The translations under genes were made by a program, and so were the position numbers. A stretch of DNA of 43,429 nt from a bacterium (GTDB lineage: Bacteria > Sysuimicrobiota > Sysuimicrobiia > Sysuimicrobiales > Humicultoraceae), in contig JBGQGY010000013.1 of the NCBI GenBank assembly GCA_041497675.1, forward strand, positions 1 to 43,429, in the 5' to 3' direction. How positions within the stretch are numbered: the stretch's first letter is position 1; each line of letters opens with the position of its first letter. Below, in pieces: positions 18,055-27,731 of this stretch. Under the pieces are notes generated by a model, which saw nothing but the letters and a program-made list of their open reading frames with translations, ran no database searches and was not told where the DNA came from.

Positions 18055-19146
18055 TTGCGACTTCTGCTCTTGAACTTTGCGACCGACCCTGATCACCCAG
18101 CGTGGGGTTTTGCCGTGCGCTGGATCGAAGCGCTGGCCAAGCGCGTTGCGTCCGTCCACGTCATTTCTCAGCAGATCGCGACGACTCACCTGCCCGACAA
18201 TGTCCGCGTGTACTCGATGGGCAAAGAGATGGGACTGCCGAGATCACGCATCCTTGCCAACTTCTACGGGCACCTGTCGCGTGTGCTGCGTGAAGATGAC
18301 ATTGACGTGTGCTTTTGCCACATGAATGTCCTGTTCGGCATCTTGGGCGCTCCACTGCTGAAAGCCCATGGCGTGCCGATTGTGACCTGGTACGCACATC
18401 CGACTGTCAACCGCACGCTCAAGACCGCGCATTGGCTTTCCGATCGTGTGGTCTCGAGTCTGCCGACGACATACCCCTACAAGCACGACAAACTGGCGGT
18501 TGTCGGCCAGGGCATCGACACAACCCTGTTTGCTCCGGGCGGCACAGCGCCGGAGACACCGCCGATGATTCTCTGCGTCGGGCGCCTGTCGCCGGCGAAA
18601 GGTCACCCGACGCTGCTGAAGGCCGCCGCGCTGTTGCGAGACCGCTGGAACGGGCCGTTCCAGGTGGTCATCCTGGGCGGGCCCGCAGCCCGCATCGATG
18701 AAGGGTACATCACCTCGCTGCGGGCGCTGACCGAGGAATTGAAGTTGCAGGATATCGTGCAATTTCAGCCGCCCGCTCCATGGGCCGCGCTGCCGGAGTG
18801 GTATCGCCGGTGCACCATCCAGGTCAACCTGACGCCGAATGGCTATGGGGACAAGGTTGCCTGGGAAGCCATGAGTTGCGCCCGGCCGTGCGTCGTTGCG
18901 AATCCTGGTTTTGCGGAGACACTGGGCCGGCACGCCCCGGAACTTCTGTTCCGTCACGACGACCATGAGGATCTTGCCGCGAAGATGATCGCAGTGCTGG
19001 ACCTACCTGCCGATGCCCGGCAGCGCATGGGCATGGACCTGCGGGAACAGGTCAGTCGACTTCACAACATCGAGACGTTGGCGGATCGGCTCGTGCTGAT
19101 TTTCCAGGATGTGCTGGACCGCAGCCGAGGACGCCGGTCCGCATAG
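18055..19146 (+). CDS. Glycosyltransferase family 4
   Basis: GQGIDTTLF, VGRLSPAKG, DKVAWEAMSCARP; TTG start after GGGGAG. Confidence 0.85.
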   Translation: MRLLLLNFATDPDHPAWGFAVRWIEALAKRVASVHVISQQIATTHLPDNVRVYSMGKEMGLPRSRILANFYGHLSRVLREDDIDVCFCHMNVLFGILGAPLLKAHGVPIVTWYAHPTVNRTLKTAHWLSDRVVSSLPTTYPYKHDKLAVVGQGIDTTLFAPGGTAPETPPMILCVGRLSPAKGHPTLLKAAALLRDRWNGPFQVVILGGPAARIDEGYITSLRALTEELKLQDIVQFQPPAPWAALPEWYRRCTIQVNLTPNGYGDKVAWEAMSCARPCVVANPGFAETLGRHAPELLFRHDDHEDLAAKMIAVLDLPADARQRMGMDLREQVSRLHNIETLADRLVLIFQDVLDRSRGRRSA

Positions 19147-19153
19147 GGGTCTT

Positions 19154-20632
19154 GTGCGTTCGCGAAGCAATCAACTCAACCTGGTCACCCTCTCCGCCCT
19201 GTGGCTTCTTGGCGCGGCGATTTTCTCGGGAATGCCGGGGACGGACATCGTGTTCTTCCCGCTCGCTTACCTGGCGCTCGTGCTGGCCTTCGTCACGACG
19301 AACCGCCAATGGCACGACGGCACCAATCCGCTCTCGGTGGTCCTCGTGCTCGGGTTCGTGCGGTTTGGGATTTCCGGGCTGTTACAGCTCATGGCGGTGA
19401 ACCCGGACCTGGATCTGTTTCACACCATGCGGCTGGATGACACTGATTGGCTGCTCGGCCATGCCCTTGCCCTGCTCGGACTCCTCGGTGTCGTCATCGG
19501 ATGGCAAATCCCTTCTAAGTCTCTCGGGTCGGTGTTTCGGCGGACAGCTCGGCGGGTCAATGTCCGGTTGACCCGGGGTGTTCGTTATGCTGCCGTAGCC
19601 GGCATGGTCGTGGGTTTCATCGCCTTGATGGCATTCGTCGCGAGCAACGCCCCGTTGGGAGACGTCGTCCGAACTGGAGATTTCCGACGAACCGAGATCC
19701 AGGTGGGGACAGGCATCTTCTTCTGGTTGAGTCTAATGCTGATCGCCAGCAGCGTGGTGTTGGCCGCTTATCTCATGGCGACGGACCGAGCTTGGTGGGT
19801 CTCGCTCCTGCCGGTCTGCTTCGCGACGGTCCTCTTCTGGGCCCTCGGGGGACGGGTCAGGGCCATCACGCCCTTTGCCACGGGCTTGTTGCTGCTATGG
19901 TACCGCAAGGGCCGTCCGGGACTCTCTGCCAAGAGCGGTGCGCTCCTGGTGATCGCACTGCTGCCCGTCGTGTTGCTCGCCGGGCAGCTGTATCGGGGAG
20001 GTCTCGGTGTTGAGGGTATCGGCCAAGCCTTCTCGATTGAGGGAGTCTCCGGCTACATCCAGAGCGCGGTTTGGGTCGACTGGGGGCAGCTCTATGCCCT
20101 GGCAGGCGCGACGGCTATTGGCCCCGCGGTCCTGGATGGAGGAACATTCCTGAAGACGTTCCTCTGGCCGCTGTCGGAGTACGTTTTTTCGATCAGCGGC
20201 AGGAGCGCAGGCGTGTTCCTAGCCGAGCACTTCGTCGGGTTTGGAAGCGGAAAGCCATGGGCTTTTCATTCGAGCCTCATTGGCGACGCCTACTTGAACT
20301 TTGGGTTGGCGGGCGTGCTCATCGCAACCGTTATTTTCGGGATTCTCCTCAAGAGATTGTACATAGGATGGAAAGAAGGATGGATCCAGGGGCCCGTTTA
20401 CCTCCTCAGTCTTCTCTACGGTACGCGAATCTTCTTCGAGTCTGTTGAGAAGTTTACCGAAGCGTGGATCGTCGTGGCAATGACGGTGGTCGTCGTCCGG
20501 GCAGGCCAGTTGACTTTCAGGCCAGCGCTAGGCGCGCGTGCGGTGGGGCGGCCGGTGACGTCCCGCTCCCCGTTGGCCCCGCAGTTCCCCTCGGCCGGTC
20601 AAGTGGACGCGGGACAGGGTGCGATCGGGTGA
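19154..20632 (+). CDS. Multi-pass membrane protein, O-antigen polymerase (Wzy)-like
   Basis: About 10-12 hydrophobic segments; GGR motif after TM; large loop then SLIGDAYLNFGLAGV (typical Wzy-like Y.NFG..G). Start uncertain. Confidence 0.65.
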   Translation: MRSRSNQLNLVTLSALWLLGAAIFSGMPGTDIVFFPLAYLALVLAFVTTNRQWHDGTNPLSVVLVLGFVRFGISGLLQLMAVNPDLDLFHTMRLDDTDWLLGHALALLGLLGVVIGWQIPSKSLGSVFRRTARRVNVRLTRGVRYAAVAGMVVGFIALMAFVASNAPLGDVVRTGDFRRTEIQVGTGIFFWLSLMLIASSVVLAAYLMATDRAWWVSLLPVCFATVLFWALGGRVRAITPFATGLLLLWYRKGRPGLSAKSGALLVIALLPVVLLAGQLYRGGLGVEGIGQAFSIEGVSGYIQSAVWVDWGQLYALAGATAIGPAVLDGGTFLKTFLWPLSEYVFSISGRSAGVFLAEHFVGFGSGKPWAFHSSLIGDAYLNFGLAGVLIATVIFGILLKRLYIGWKEGWIQGPVYLLSLLYGTRIFFESVEKFTEAWIVVAMTVVVVRAGQLTFRPALGARAVGRPVTSRSPLAPQFPSAGQVDAGQGAIG

Positions 20633-21819
20633 AGCTGCGAGTGTGTAATATCGCGAAGCACATCTACCCCCCCAGCTTGACTGGCCACGCCCAGAACCTT
20701 GAGACCTTCCGAGCGCTGAGTGGGTACTTTGACGAGATTCGCCTGATTGTGCAGTCTGCCGACCAGACCGCCCGGACGGAGCGAATCGACAATATCTACA
20801 TCTATCAGGTGCCGCGGATCAGGTGGAGTGGCATCGTCAATCATGTGACGTTCATCGGGCGGGCGTTCCTTCACAGTTACCTGCTGTACAGGAAGGGCAA
20901 AGTCGACGTGTGCGACGCGAGTGAGCCGTTGAGCGGGGGCGTCGTGGCCTGCCTGTTGCGCCGTGTGACAGGCGTTCCCTGTTTGGTCGAGTTGCAGGGA
21001 GACGGGCTGGAGTTCGAGGCCGGCGTTCATCCGCCGGTGCGGGAGCTCCTGTTTCGATCCATTATCCGCGCCGTGGTGCGGCAGGCCGATCACATCCGCG
21101 CCATCTCGGAACGGGTCGCCTCTCAAGCGAGGAGGGCGGGGGTCGACGAAAGCCGCATCACCGTGGCGACCAGTCGGGTAAACATGAGGCGGTTCGGAGG
21201 CCGGGGATCGACGGGTAAGAGAGAGGTGCTTCGGCGTGACCACAACATCGTCAACGATAGGGTTGTTGGCTGCGTGAGCCGGTTGCACCCGCTCAAGGGA
21301 CTGGCGGTTCTCGTGCAAGCCTGGCCGCTCGTCGCGGCGAAGGTGCCGGACGCGACGCTGGTCATCGTAGGGGACGGTCCGGAGCGCGAGCACCTCACCC
21401 GGCTCGCCTCAGACCTGGTCGGCAACTGTCGAATCGTGTTTGCTGGCGCATGTCATTACGACGACGTGCCGGCGTGGTTGGATGCCTTTGACCTCTTTGT
21501 CCTCCCCTCACTCACGGAAGGCACTCCGCGAGCGCTGCTGGAGGCGATGACGATGGAGTTGCCTGTTGTCGCCACTAGTGTGGGCGACATCCCGCATGCC
21601 GTGCTGGACCCCTCGTCGGGCCTCGTCGTGCCGCCGAGGGATGCGGAAGCGTTGGCGGACGCCATTGTGGAGCTTCTTGCCGACCCGACGCGCGCTGCGG
21701 CGATGGGGCGGAGAGCGCGCGCTACGGTCTTGCGGAAGTTTGGGTTCACCGAATCGATCAGGAACCTCGCGTTGTCCCACTATCGCGCGGCCGGGCGACC
21801 ATTTCCACACGGGGCCTGA
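20629..21819 (+). CDS. Glycosyltransferase family 4
   Basis: GTGA overlap; VSRLHPLKG, VGDGPER, FVLPSLTEGTPRALLEAM. Confidence 0.9.
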   Translation: MKLRVCNIAKHIYPPSLTGHAQNLETFRALSGYFDEIRLIVQSADQTARTERIDNIYIYQVPRIRWSGIVNHVTFIGRAFLHSYLLYRKGKVDVCDASEPLSGGVVACLLRRVTGVPCLVELQGDGLEFEAGVHPPVRELLFRSIIRAVVRQADHIRAISERVASQARRAGVDESRITVATSRVNMRRFGGRGSTGKREVLRRDHNIVNDRVVGCVSRLHPLKGLAVLVQAWPLVAAKVPDATLVIVGDGPEREHLTRLASDLVGNCRIVFAGACHYDDVPAWLDAFDLFVLPSLTEGTPRALLEAMTMELPVVATSVGDIPHAVLDPSSGLVVPPRDAEALADAIVELLADPTRAAAMGRRARATVLRKFGFTESIRNLALSHYRAAGRPFPHGA

Positions 21820-21825
21820 TGACGG

Positions 21826-22965
21826 ATGCGAATTCTTCGTGTCACGCGCGCGTACCCGCCGGTCTGGGATGGGGCTGCCAACCACGTCGTCGGCCTGAGC
21901 CGGCAACAGGCACGTGCCGGCCACCGCGTGTGGGTGCTTCAACCGCACATGCCGGATTTCTCGGACGACTCGACCATGCTGGCTCGGGTGCGCGTGATTC
22001 TGCCTCAGGCTCTCCAACACGGCATTTACGAGAGCAAGGCATCCATCGCCGCGTTTCACCTGCGCGCTACGTCGTTGGAGAGGCACATACAACACGACCA
22101 TGGTGTTGACGTTCTCCACGTTCACGGCGACGCGCTCGATGCGTTCCTACAAGGGAGGGTGGCCCGCCAATGCAACGTGCCGCTCGTTCAAACCGTGCAC
22201 GCTGGCCTCAGCCGCCGGTGGGTATACCGCCGCAGTGCGCCGCATCTTCTCCGGCGCGTGACGAGGTTTATTGCTGTCGCCCAGACCGTGGCCGCGGACC
22301 TCGTGGCCCTGGGCATACCGGAGGATCGAATCGCCGTCATCAGCAGCGGCATCGACGCGAGTCGCTTTAGCGGCTCGTCGCGCGCACATGGCTCGCACGT
22401 GCTGAGTATCGGCAGGCTGCACCCCGCCAAGGGCTACCCGTACCTGTTGGAGGCAGTGCGCCTGCTGGCTGAGTCGGGTCTCACGCCGGCTGTGACCATC
22501 GTTGGCGAAGGCGTAGAGCGCGAATCGCTTGTTGGCCTCGCTCGGGGCCTCCCAAATGTGCGCTTTGCAGGCGGCCTCCCCCACGAGCGGATCCCCGAGA
22601 TCGTCTCCACCGCGAGACTCTTCGTCCTGCCTTCGGTAGACCTGGAAGGCCAGACGGAGGGCACTCCAACCGTTCTCATGGAGGCGATGGCGGCGGGCTT
22701 GCCGATCATTACCACCGATGCGGGCGGCACCGCCCAACTCGTCCGCCACGGAGTCAATGGCCTTATCGTGCCGCAGCGATCGCCTTCCGCCTTGGCGGCG
22801 GCCATCAGGGCGTTGCTCGCCGATGAGGCCACACAGTGCCGGATGGGGGAGGCGAACCGCGCAAGAGCGGCCGAGAAGGATTGGTCCGTGATTGAACGCC
22901 AGGTCGCCGCCGAGTATGAGGTGGCGCTGCGCCAGTACGCGCAGCGTACCCCGTCCATGCGTTGA
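21826..22965 (+). CDS. Glycosyltransferase family 4
   Basis: YPPVWDG, IGRLHPAKG, FVLPS...EGTPTVLMEAMAAGLP. Confidence 0.9.
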   Translation: MRILRVTRAYPPVWDGAANHVVGLSRQQARAGHRVWVLQPHMPDFSDDSTMLARVRVILPQALQHGIYESKASIAAFHLRATSLERHIQHDHGVDVLHVHGDALDAFLQGRVARQCNVPLVQTVHAGLSRRWVYRRSAPHLLRRVTRFIAVAQTVAADLVALGIPEDRIAVISSGIDASRFSGSSRAHGSHVLSIGRLHPAKGYPYLLEAVRLLAESGLTPAVTIVGEGVERESLVGLARGLPNVRFAGGLPHERIPEIVSTARLFVLPSVDLEGQTEGTPTVLMEAMAAGLPIITTDAGGTAQLVRHGVNGLIVPQRSPSALAAAIRALLADEATQCRMGEANRARAAEKDWSVIERQVAAEYEVALRQYAQRTPSMR

Positions 22966-24122
22966 TGGAAATCAATCGCGTCATCATTGTATATCACGGC
23001 TTCCGATCTCGTGGCGCGGGTTTGCGGCGTCATATCCTCCAGTTGTGCCGCGAGCTGGGGAGAAGGGGCATCGACCCGCAAGTGCTTTCTCTCGAAGAGC
23101 TGCCATTCGTCAGTCGCTACGTGCCGCATCTCGTGCAGACGGTTGGCAATACCCTAGCGGCGCCTGCGGGCGATTATGCGCGGTTTCGGCTCACGCGTAC
23201 GTTACTGGGGAAGGCGTTAGGTCGTCGAGTGCGCGACGGCCGGGGCACGGCGGTGGTGTTTGAGGATGTGTACACGTCGTGTCCGGTGCCGGTTACGTCG
23301 CTGACGATTGCTCACGCCCTACAGAGCGACAACGTGTACGGACACGCGCTCACGGAGAGCGCCCTTCTCAGAGCTCGGTCGTGGGATCGCGTGGCCGTCA
23401 TGAGGTTGAAGGGCCCAGCAGTCACTGTCTCGGCCGAGTACCGGCGCCACATCGGCAAAGCGCTCGGCAGCGATGCAGCGATGCGGTTCGGCGTCATCCC
23501 GTTGGGGGTCGATTTGGAAGAGTTTGTGGAGACACCTCACACTCGGTCCGCCGACCACTTTGGTCTTGTGTGTCTGGGGACGTTGGAAGCACGCAAGAAT
23601 GTCGGGTTTCTGCTCGAGGTACTGTCAAGGATTCTCTCGGCGGGTTGCGATCGGGTGCGCCTGACGATCATAGGTGACGGGCCCTTGAGGTCCGCGCTGG
23701 AGGCTGAGGCCCACGCGCGCGGCGTGAGGCACATGGTTCAGTTCGCGGGATCGGTGGCCCCCGAGAATGTGCCCATGGCTCTCCAACGGCATCATATGCT
23801 TCTGCACCCGTCATTACGCGAATCGTTCGGTTACGCGCTGCTCGAGGCCAAGGTCTCGGGGTTGCGTACGGTTGCGACTACGGATGTCGAAGTTCCAGGC
23901 GAGTTTGTTGACAACGCGCTGCCACTCAACGCGGACGCGTGGGCCCGCGTCGTCGTGAGCGCGTACGGAGCGTGGGAGCGGGGCCTGTTCCGGCTCCCCT
24001 CGAGCGAGAGCGTGGCCTGGCTCCGCAGGCGATATGGCATTCAGCAGATGGTCGACAACTATCTGGCCGCGCTGCAGGGCAATGCGGTCCTCCCAGGGAG
24101 AGCCACGGTCGGCCGCCAATGA
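22962..24122 (+). CDS. Glycosyltransferase family 4
   Basis: PLGVD, GTLEARKNV, IGDGPLR, PSLRESFGYALLEA. Confidence 0.85.
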   Translation: MMEINRVIIVYHGFRSRGAGLRRHILQLCRELGRRGIDPQVLSLEELPFVSRYVPHLVQTVGNTLAAPAGDYARFRLTRTLLGKALGRRVRDGRGTAVVFEDVYTSCPVPVTSLTIAHALQSDNVYGHALTESALLRARSWDRVAVMRLKGPAVTVSAEYRRHIGKALGSDAAMRFGVIPLGVDLEEFVETPHTRSADHFGLVCLGTLEARKNVGFLLEVLSRILSAGCDRVRLTIIGDGPLRSALEAEAHARGVRHMVQFAGSVAPENVPMALQRHHMLLHPSLRESFGYALLEAKVSGLRTVATTDVEVPGEFVDNALPLNADAWARVVVSAYGAWERGLFRLPSSESVAWLRRRYGIQQMVDNYLAALQGNAVLPGRATVGRQ

Positions 24123-25312
24123 GCGCAGGGCCGCCAACCGGCAAGATTAAGATCGTGCGCGTGATTGCGAGGCTCAACGTCGGTGGCGCCGCGGTCCACG
24201 TCGTCCTGTTGAACACGCGCTTGAATCCCGCGCGCTTCGAGTCGTTACTCGTCTCAGGTACCGAGAATCCTGGTGAGGGGTCTATGCTAGATTTCGCCCA
24301 GTCGCAGGGTGTGCACCCCGTCGTCATCCCGGAGATCATCGGCGAGGCGAGCTTGAACCTCCGCGACCTGAAGGCATTGATCAAACTGTACCGTCTGCTG
24401 CGCGTCGAGCGGCCCCACATCGTCGACACGCACACCGCTAAGGCCGGATTTCTGGGTCGCCTGGCCGCGCGCCTCGCGGGCGTGCCGATCGTGGTCCATA
24501 CGTACCACGGGCATATCCTTCAGGGGTACTACGGTCCTGTCAAGGGGTGGCTCCTTCGCCTGATGGAGCGCGCCCTCGCCCGATGGACCGACAGCATCAT
24601 CGCCGTGAGCGATCGCGTCAAACGTGACCTGGTCGCCTACGGTGTCGCCCCGGCCGAGAAGATCGCCGTTGTGGATCTGGGGTTTGATCTGCAACCGTTC
24701 CTGGACTGCGCGGCGCACCGGGGGGAGTTTCGGAGGGAGTTAGGGCTCAACAATGGCGCTCGGCTCGTGGGGACGGTGGGGCGGATCTTCCCCATCAAGA
24801 ACCACCGTCTCTTCATCGACGCCGCGTCGCGAGTGGCAGCCCGGGAGCCGGGCGCCCACTTCGTGATCGTTGGCGACGGCGTGCTCCGGCCCGCGATGGA
24901 GGCGCGTGTTCGGGAACTCGGTCTGGCCGATCGGGTGATCTTCACCGGCTGGCGTCGCGATTTGCCGTCCATCTACGCCGACCTGGATGTGCTGGTGGTC
25001 TCATCGGACAACGAAGGCACGCCCGTGTCGGTGATCGAGGCCATGGCTTCCGGTCGCCCCGTGGTCGGCACGCGGGTCGGGGGTCTGCCCGATCTCATCA
25101 CTGAAGGTCAGAACGGCTACCTGGTCACACCCAGGGATGCCGACGGGCTCGCGGAGGCTATCCTGCGCCTCCTCAACGATGAAGAAACTGCACTCCGGAT
25201 GGGCCGGGTCGGTCGAGAGGCCGCACGGCAGCGATTTACCATCGACCGACTCACTTCGGGCATGGAGAGCCTTTACCAGCGGCTCCTGCTGAACAAGGGC
25301 ATCTCAGCCTAG
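24119..25312 (+). CDS. Glycosyltransferase family 4 (CapM-like)
   Basis: ATGA overlap; IARLNVGG, HTAKAG, HTYHG, SSDNEGTPVSVIEAMASG. Confidence 0.9.
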   Translation: MSAGPPTGKIKIVRVIARLNVGGAAVHVVLLNTRLNPARFESLLVSGTENPGEGSMLDFAQSQGVHPVVIPEIIGEASLNLRDLKALIKLYRLLRVERPHIVDTHTAKAGFLGRLAARLAGVPIVVHTYHGHILQGYYGPVKGWLLRLMERALARWTDSIIAVSDRVKRDLVAYGVAPAEKIAVVDLGFDLQPFLDCAAHRGEFRRELGLNNGARLVGTVGRIFPIKNHRLFIDAASRVAAREPGAHFVIVGDGVLRPAMEARVRELGLADRVIFTGWRRDLPSIYADLDVLVVSSDNEGTPVSVIEAMASGRPVVGTRVGGLPDLITEGQNGYLVTPRDADGLAEAILRLLNDEETALRMGRVGREAARQRFTIDRLTSGMESLYQRLLLNKGISA

Positions 25313-25377
25313 AGACTCATTCCTGCAAGGCTTCAAACCTACTGACGTTTCTATCGCATCGAGGGGGTGTGGTATCC

Positions 25378-26373
25378 ATGCGTGTCTTGATCACCGGCGG
25401 GGCTGGGTTCATCGGTTCACATCTGGCGGAGGCGCTGTTGGCCCGGGGGAATGAGGTCGTGGCACTCGACGACCTCTCGACGGGGAGCCTGCAAAACATC
25501 CTACACATCATGAAGCGGCCAGGATTCGAGTTCGCCCTCGGGTCGATCATGGACGAGGAGGCGGTGAACCGCGCCGTGGCCCGGTGCGACGTCGTCTATC
25601 ACCTTGGGGCAGCGGTGGGCGTCCGTCTGGTCTTCGAGCAGCCGGTCCGGACGATCGAGACGAACGTGAGAGGGACACAGACCGTCTTGGACGCCGCCCT
25701 GCGGTATGGGCGCAAGGTCCTCATTGCGTCGACATCAGAGGTCTATGGGAAGGACATGCACAATGGGCATGACTGCTTCCGGGAAGACGATGATATCATC
25801 ATCGGCACATCCATTCGTTGGTGCTACGCGACCTCGAAAGCGCTCGATGAGTTCCTAGCACGGGCGTGCTATCTGGACAAAGGGCTCCCGGTGGTCATCG
25901 CCAGGTTCTTCAACACGGTGGGCCCGCGACAGTCGCCGGCGTACGGGATGGTCATCCCCCGGTTCGTGGACCAGGCGCTCCGGGGCAGACCGATCACCGT
26001 ATACGGAGACGGCTCACAAGTGCGCAGCTTCACGTGGGTTGGCGACACGGTGGAAGCCATCATCCGGCTCATGGCGTCGCGAAAGGCCGAAGGCGACGTC
26101 TTCAACGTTGGCTCGGATGAAGCTGTGACCATCGAGGATCTGGCCGAGCGAGTGCGCCGGATGATCGACCCCAGCCTGAAGATCGTTCACGTGCCGTATG
26201 AGCAGGCGTTTGGACCGGGGTTCGAAGACATCCGGTATCGCGTGCCCGATATCACGAGGCTCCGCAAGACGGTCGGGTACGCGCCCACGGTTGAGCTCAC
26301 GGGCATTCTCGAGCGCGTGGTCGACTTTTCGCGGGAGAGACTGGGCGAGCGACTGGCAGTGGCGGCGAGCTGA
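25378..26373 (+). CDS. NAD-dependent nucleotide-sugar epimerase/dehydratase (extended SDR)
   Basis: ITGGAGFIGSHL, STSEVYG, YATSK, RFFNTVGPRQ, YGDGSQVRSF. Confidence 0.92.
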   Translation: MRVLITGGAGFIGSHLAEALLARGNEVVALDDLSTGSLQNILHIMKRPGFEFALGSIMDEEAVNRAVARCDVVYHLGAAVGVRLVFEQPVRTIETNVRGTQTVLDAALRYGRKVLIASTSEVYGKDMHNGHDCFREDDDIIIGTSIRWCYATSKALDEFLARACYLDKGLPVVIARFFNTVGPRQSPAYGMVIPRFVDQALRGRPITVYGDGSQVRSFTWVGDTVEAIIRLMASRKAEGDVFNVGSDEAVTIEDLAERVRRMIDPSLKIVHVPYEQAFGPGFEDIRYRVPDITRLRKTVGYAPTVELTGILERVVDFSRERLGERLAVAAS

Positions 26374-26408
26374 GTTCGTACCGGATACGTTTGAGGACGG
26401 TGATAACG

Positions 26409-27731
26409 ATGACGATGACGACCGATGTGGCACAGACGCTTGAGGGGCGAGTCACGGAGGCCACGGCCAAGGTGGCGGTGATGGGCATGGGGTACGTCGG
26501 GTTGCCCCTGGCCCTGGCCCTGGTAGAACGTGGGTGCGACGTGCAGACCATCGACGTGAGTCCCGAGAAGGTTCGGGCGGTGAACGCCGGGCGCAGCTAT
26601 ATCCGCGACATCCCGGCGGAAGTGGTCCAAGACTGCCTGGCGACAGGGCGCCTGCGGGCCACGACGGACGCCTCGGTGCTCGTCGACGCGGATGTGATCT
26701 TCGTCTGTGTCCCAACGCCGTTCACACTGCAGAAGGAGCCCGACACATCATATATCCGTGACGCCGCGAGACAGATTGCGGCGCATTTGCGCGTTGGGCA
26801 GTTGATTATTCTCAGGAGCACCAGCTATCCCGGGACGACTGAAGAGATCGTGCGACCCATCTTGGAGAGTACAGGGCTAGAGGTGGGACGCGATATCTTC
26901 CTGGCGTTTGCCCCGGAGCGGGTCGACCCGGGCAACACGCGGTTCACTGCCGATGAAGTCCCAATCGTCGTCGGCGGTTGCGACCCGGCGAGTACGGGCA
27001 TCGCCGAACGATTCTTGGAGCGTCTGACTAAACAGGTGATCCCGGTGTCCTCGCCCGCCGCCGCCGAAATGACCAAACTGCTGGAGAACGTCTTTCGGAA
27101 CGTCAATATCGCACTCGTCAACCAGGTCGCTCAACTGTGTGACCGCATGGGTCTCGACGTGTGGGAGATCACCAGCGCGGCTGCCACCAAACCTTATGGG
27201 TTCATGGCCTTTAGCCCCGGGATCGTCGGCGGCCACTGCATTCCCGTGGATCCCTACTACCTAGCCTGGAAGGCGCGCGAGTATGACTTCCACATGGACT
27301 TCATCGAACTGGCCGCTCGCGTGAATGAAGAGATGCCGTTCTATATTGTGAATAGACTCGCGGCGGCGCTCCACGATTCGTCTCCCCACAACGGACGCGA
27401 GCGTATTTTGGTTCTGGGGGTCGCCTTCAAGAGAGACGTGGACGACGCCCGATATTCGCCGGCAGTCAAGGTCATCGAGCTCTTGGGGCGGCGAAAAATG
27501 GACGTCGTCTTTCATGATCCCTATGTCCCGGAGATTCACGTCAATGGGGACCGCGTCCTCAGTCAGCCACTGACCCGAGAGTTGATCCAGAGCGCCGACT
27601 GCGTCTTGATCCTCACCGATCACTCGTGCGTTGACTATGAAGCGATTGTCGACGACGCGTCCATGGTCTTTGATACGCGCAATGCGACCCGACGTGTGTC
27701 CTCAGGCCGGGAGAAAATCACCAAGCTATGA
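26409..27731 (+). CDS. UDP-N-acetylhexosamine/UDP-glucose 6-dehydrogenase family (WbpA/WecC-like)
   Basis: GMGYVGLP, CVPTP, PERVDPG, KLLENVFRNVNIA, GGHCIPVDP (catalytic Cys). Confidence 0.93.
   Translation: MTMTTDVAQTLEGRVTEATAKVAVMGMGYVGLPLALALVERGCDVQTIDVSPEKVRAVNAGRSYIRDIPAEVVQDCLATGRLRATTDASVLVDADVIFVCVPTPFTLQKEPDTSYIRDAARQIAAHLRVGQLIILRSTSYPGTTEEIVRPILESTGLEVGRDIFLAFAPERVDPGNTRFTADEVPIVVGGCDPASTGIAERFLERLTKQVIPVSSPAAAEMTKLLENVFRNVNIALVNQVAQLCDRMGLDVWEITSAAATKPYGFMAFSPGIVGGHCIPVDPYYLAWKAREYDFHMDFIELAARVNEEMPFYIVNRLAAALHDSSPHNGRERILVLGVAFKRDVDDARYSPAVKVIELLGRRKMDVVFHDPYVPEIHVNGDRVLSQPLTRELIQSADCVLILTDHSCVDYEAIVDDASMVFDTRNATRRVSSGREKITKL

Noticed and set aside
26400..26427. GAT/GAC trinucleotide-like repeat at the dehydrogenase start
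   Set aside because: Short and imperfect; it encodes MTMTTD and is not a convincing contingency repeat.
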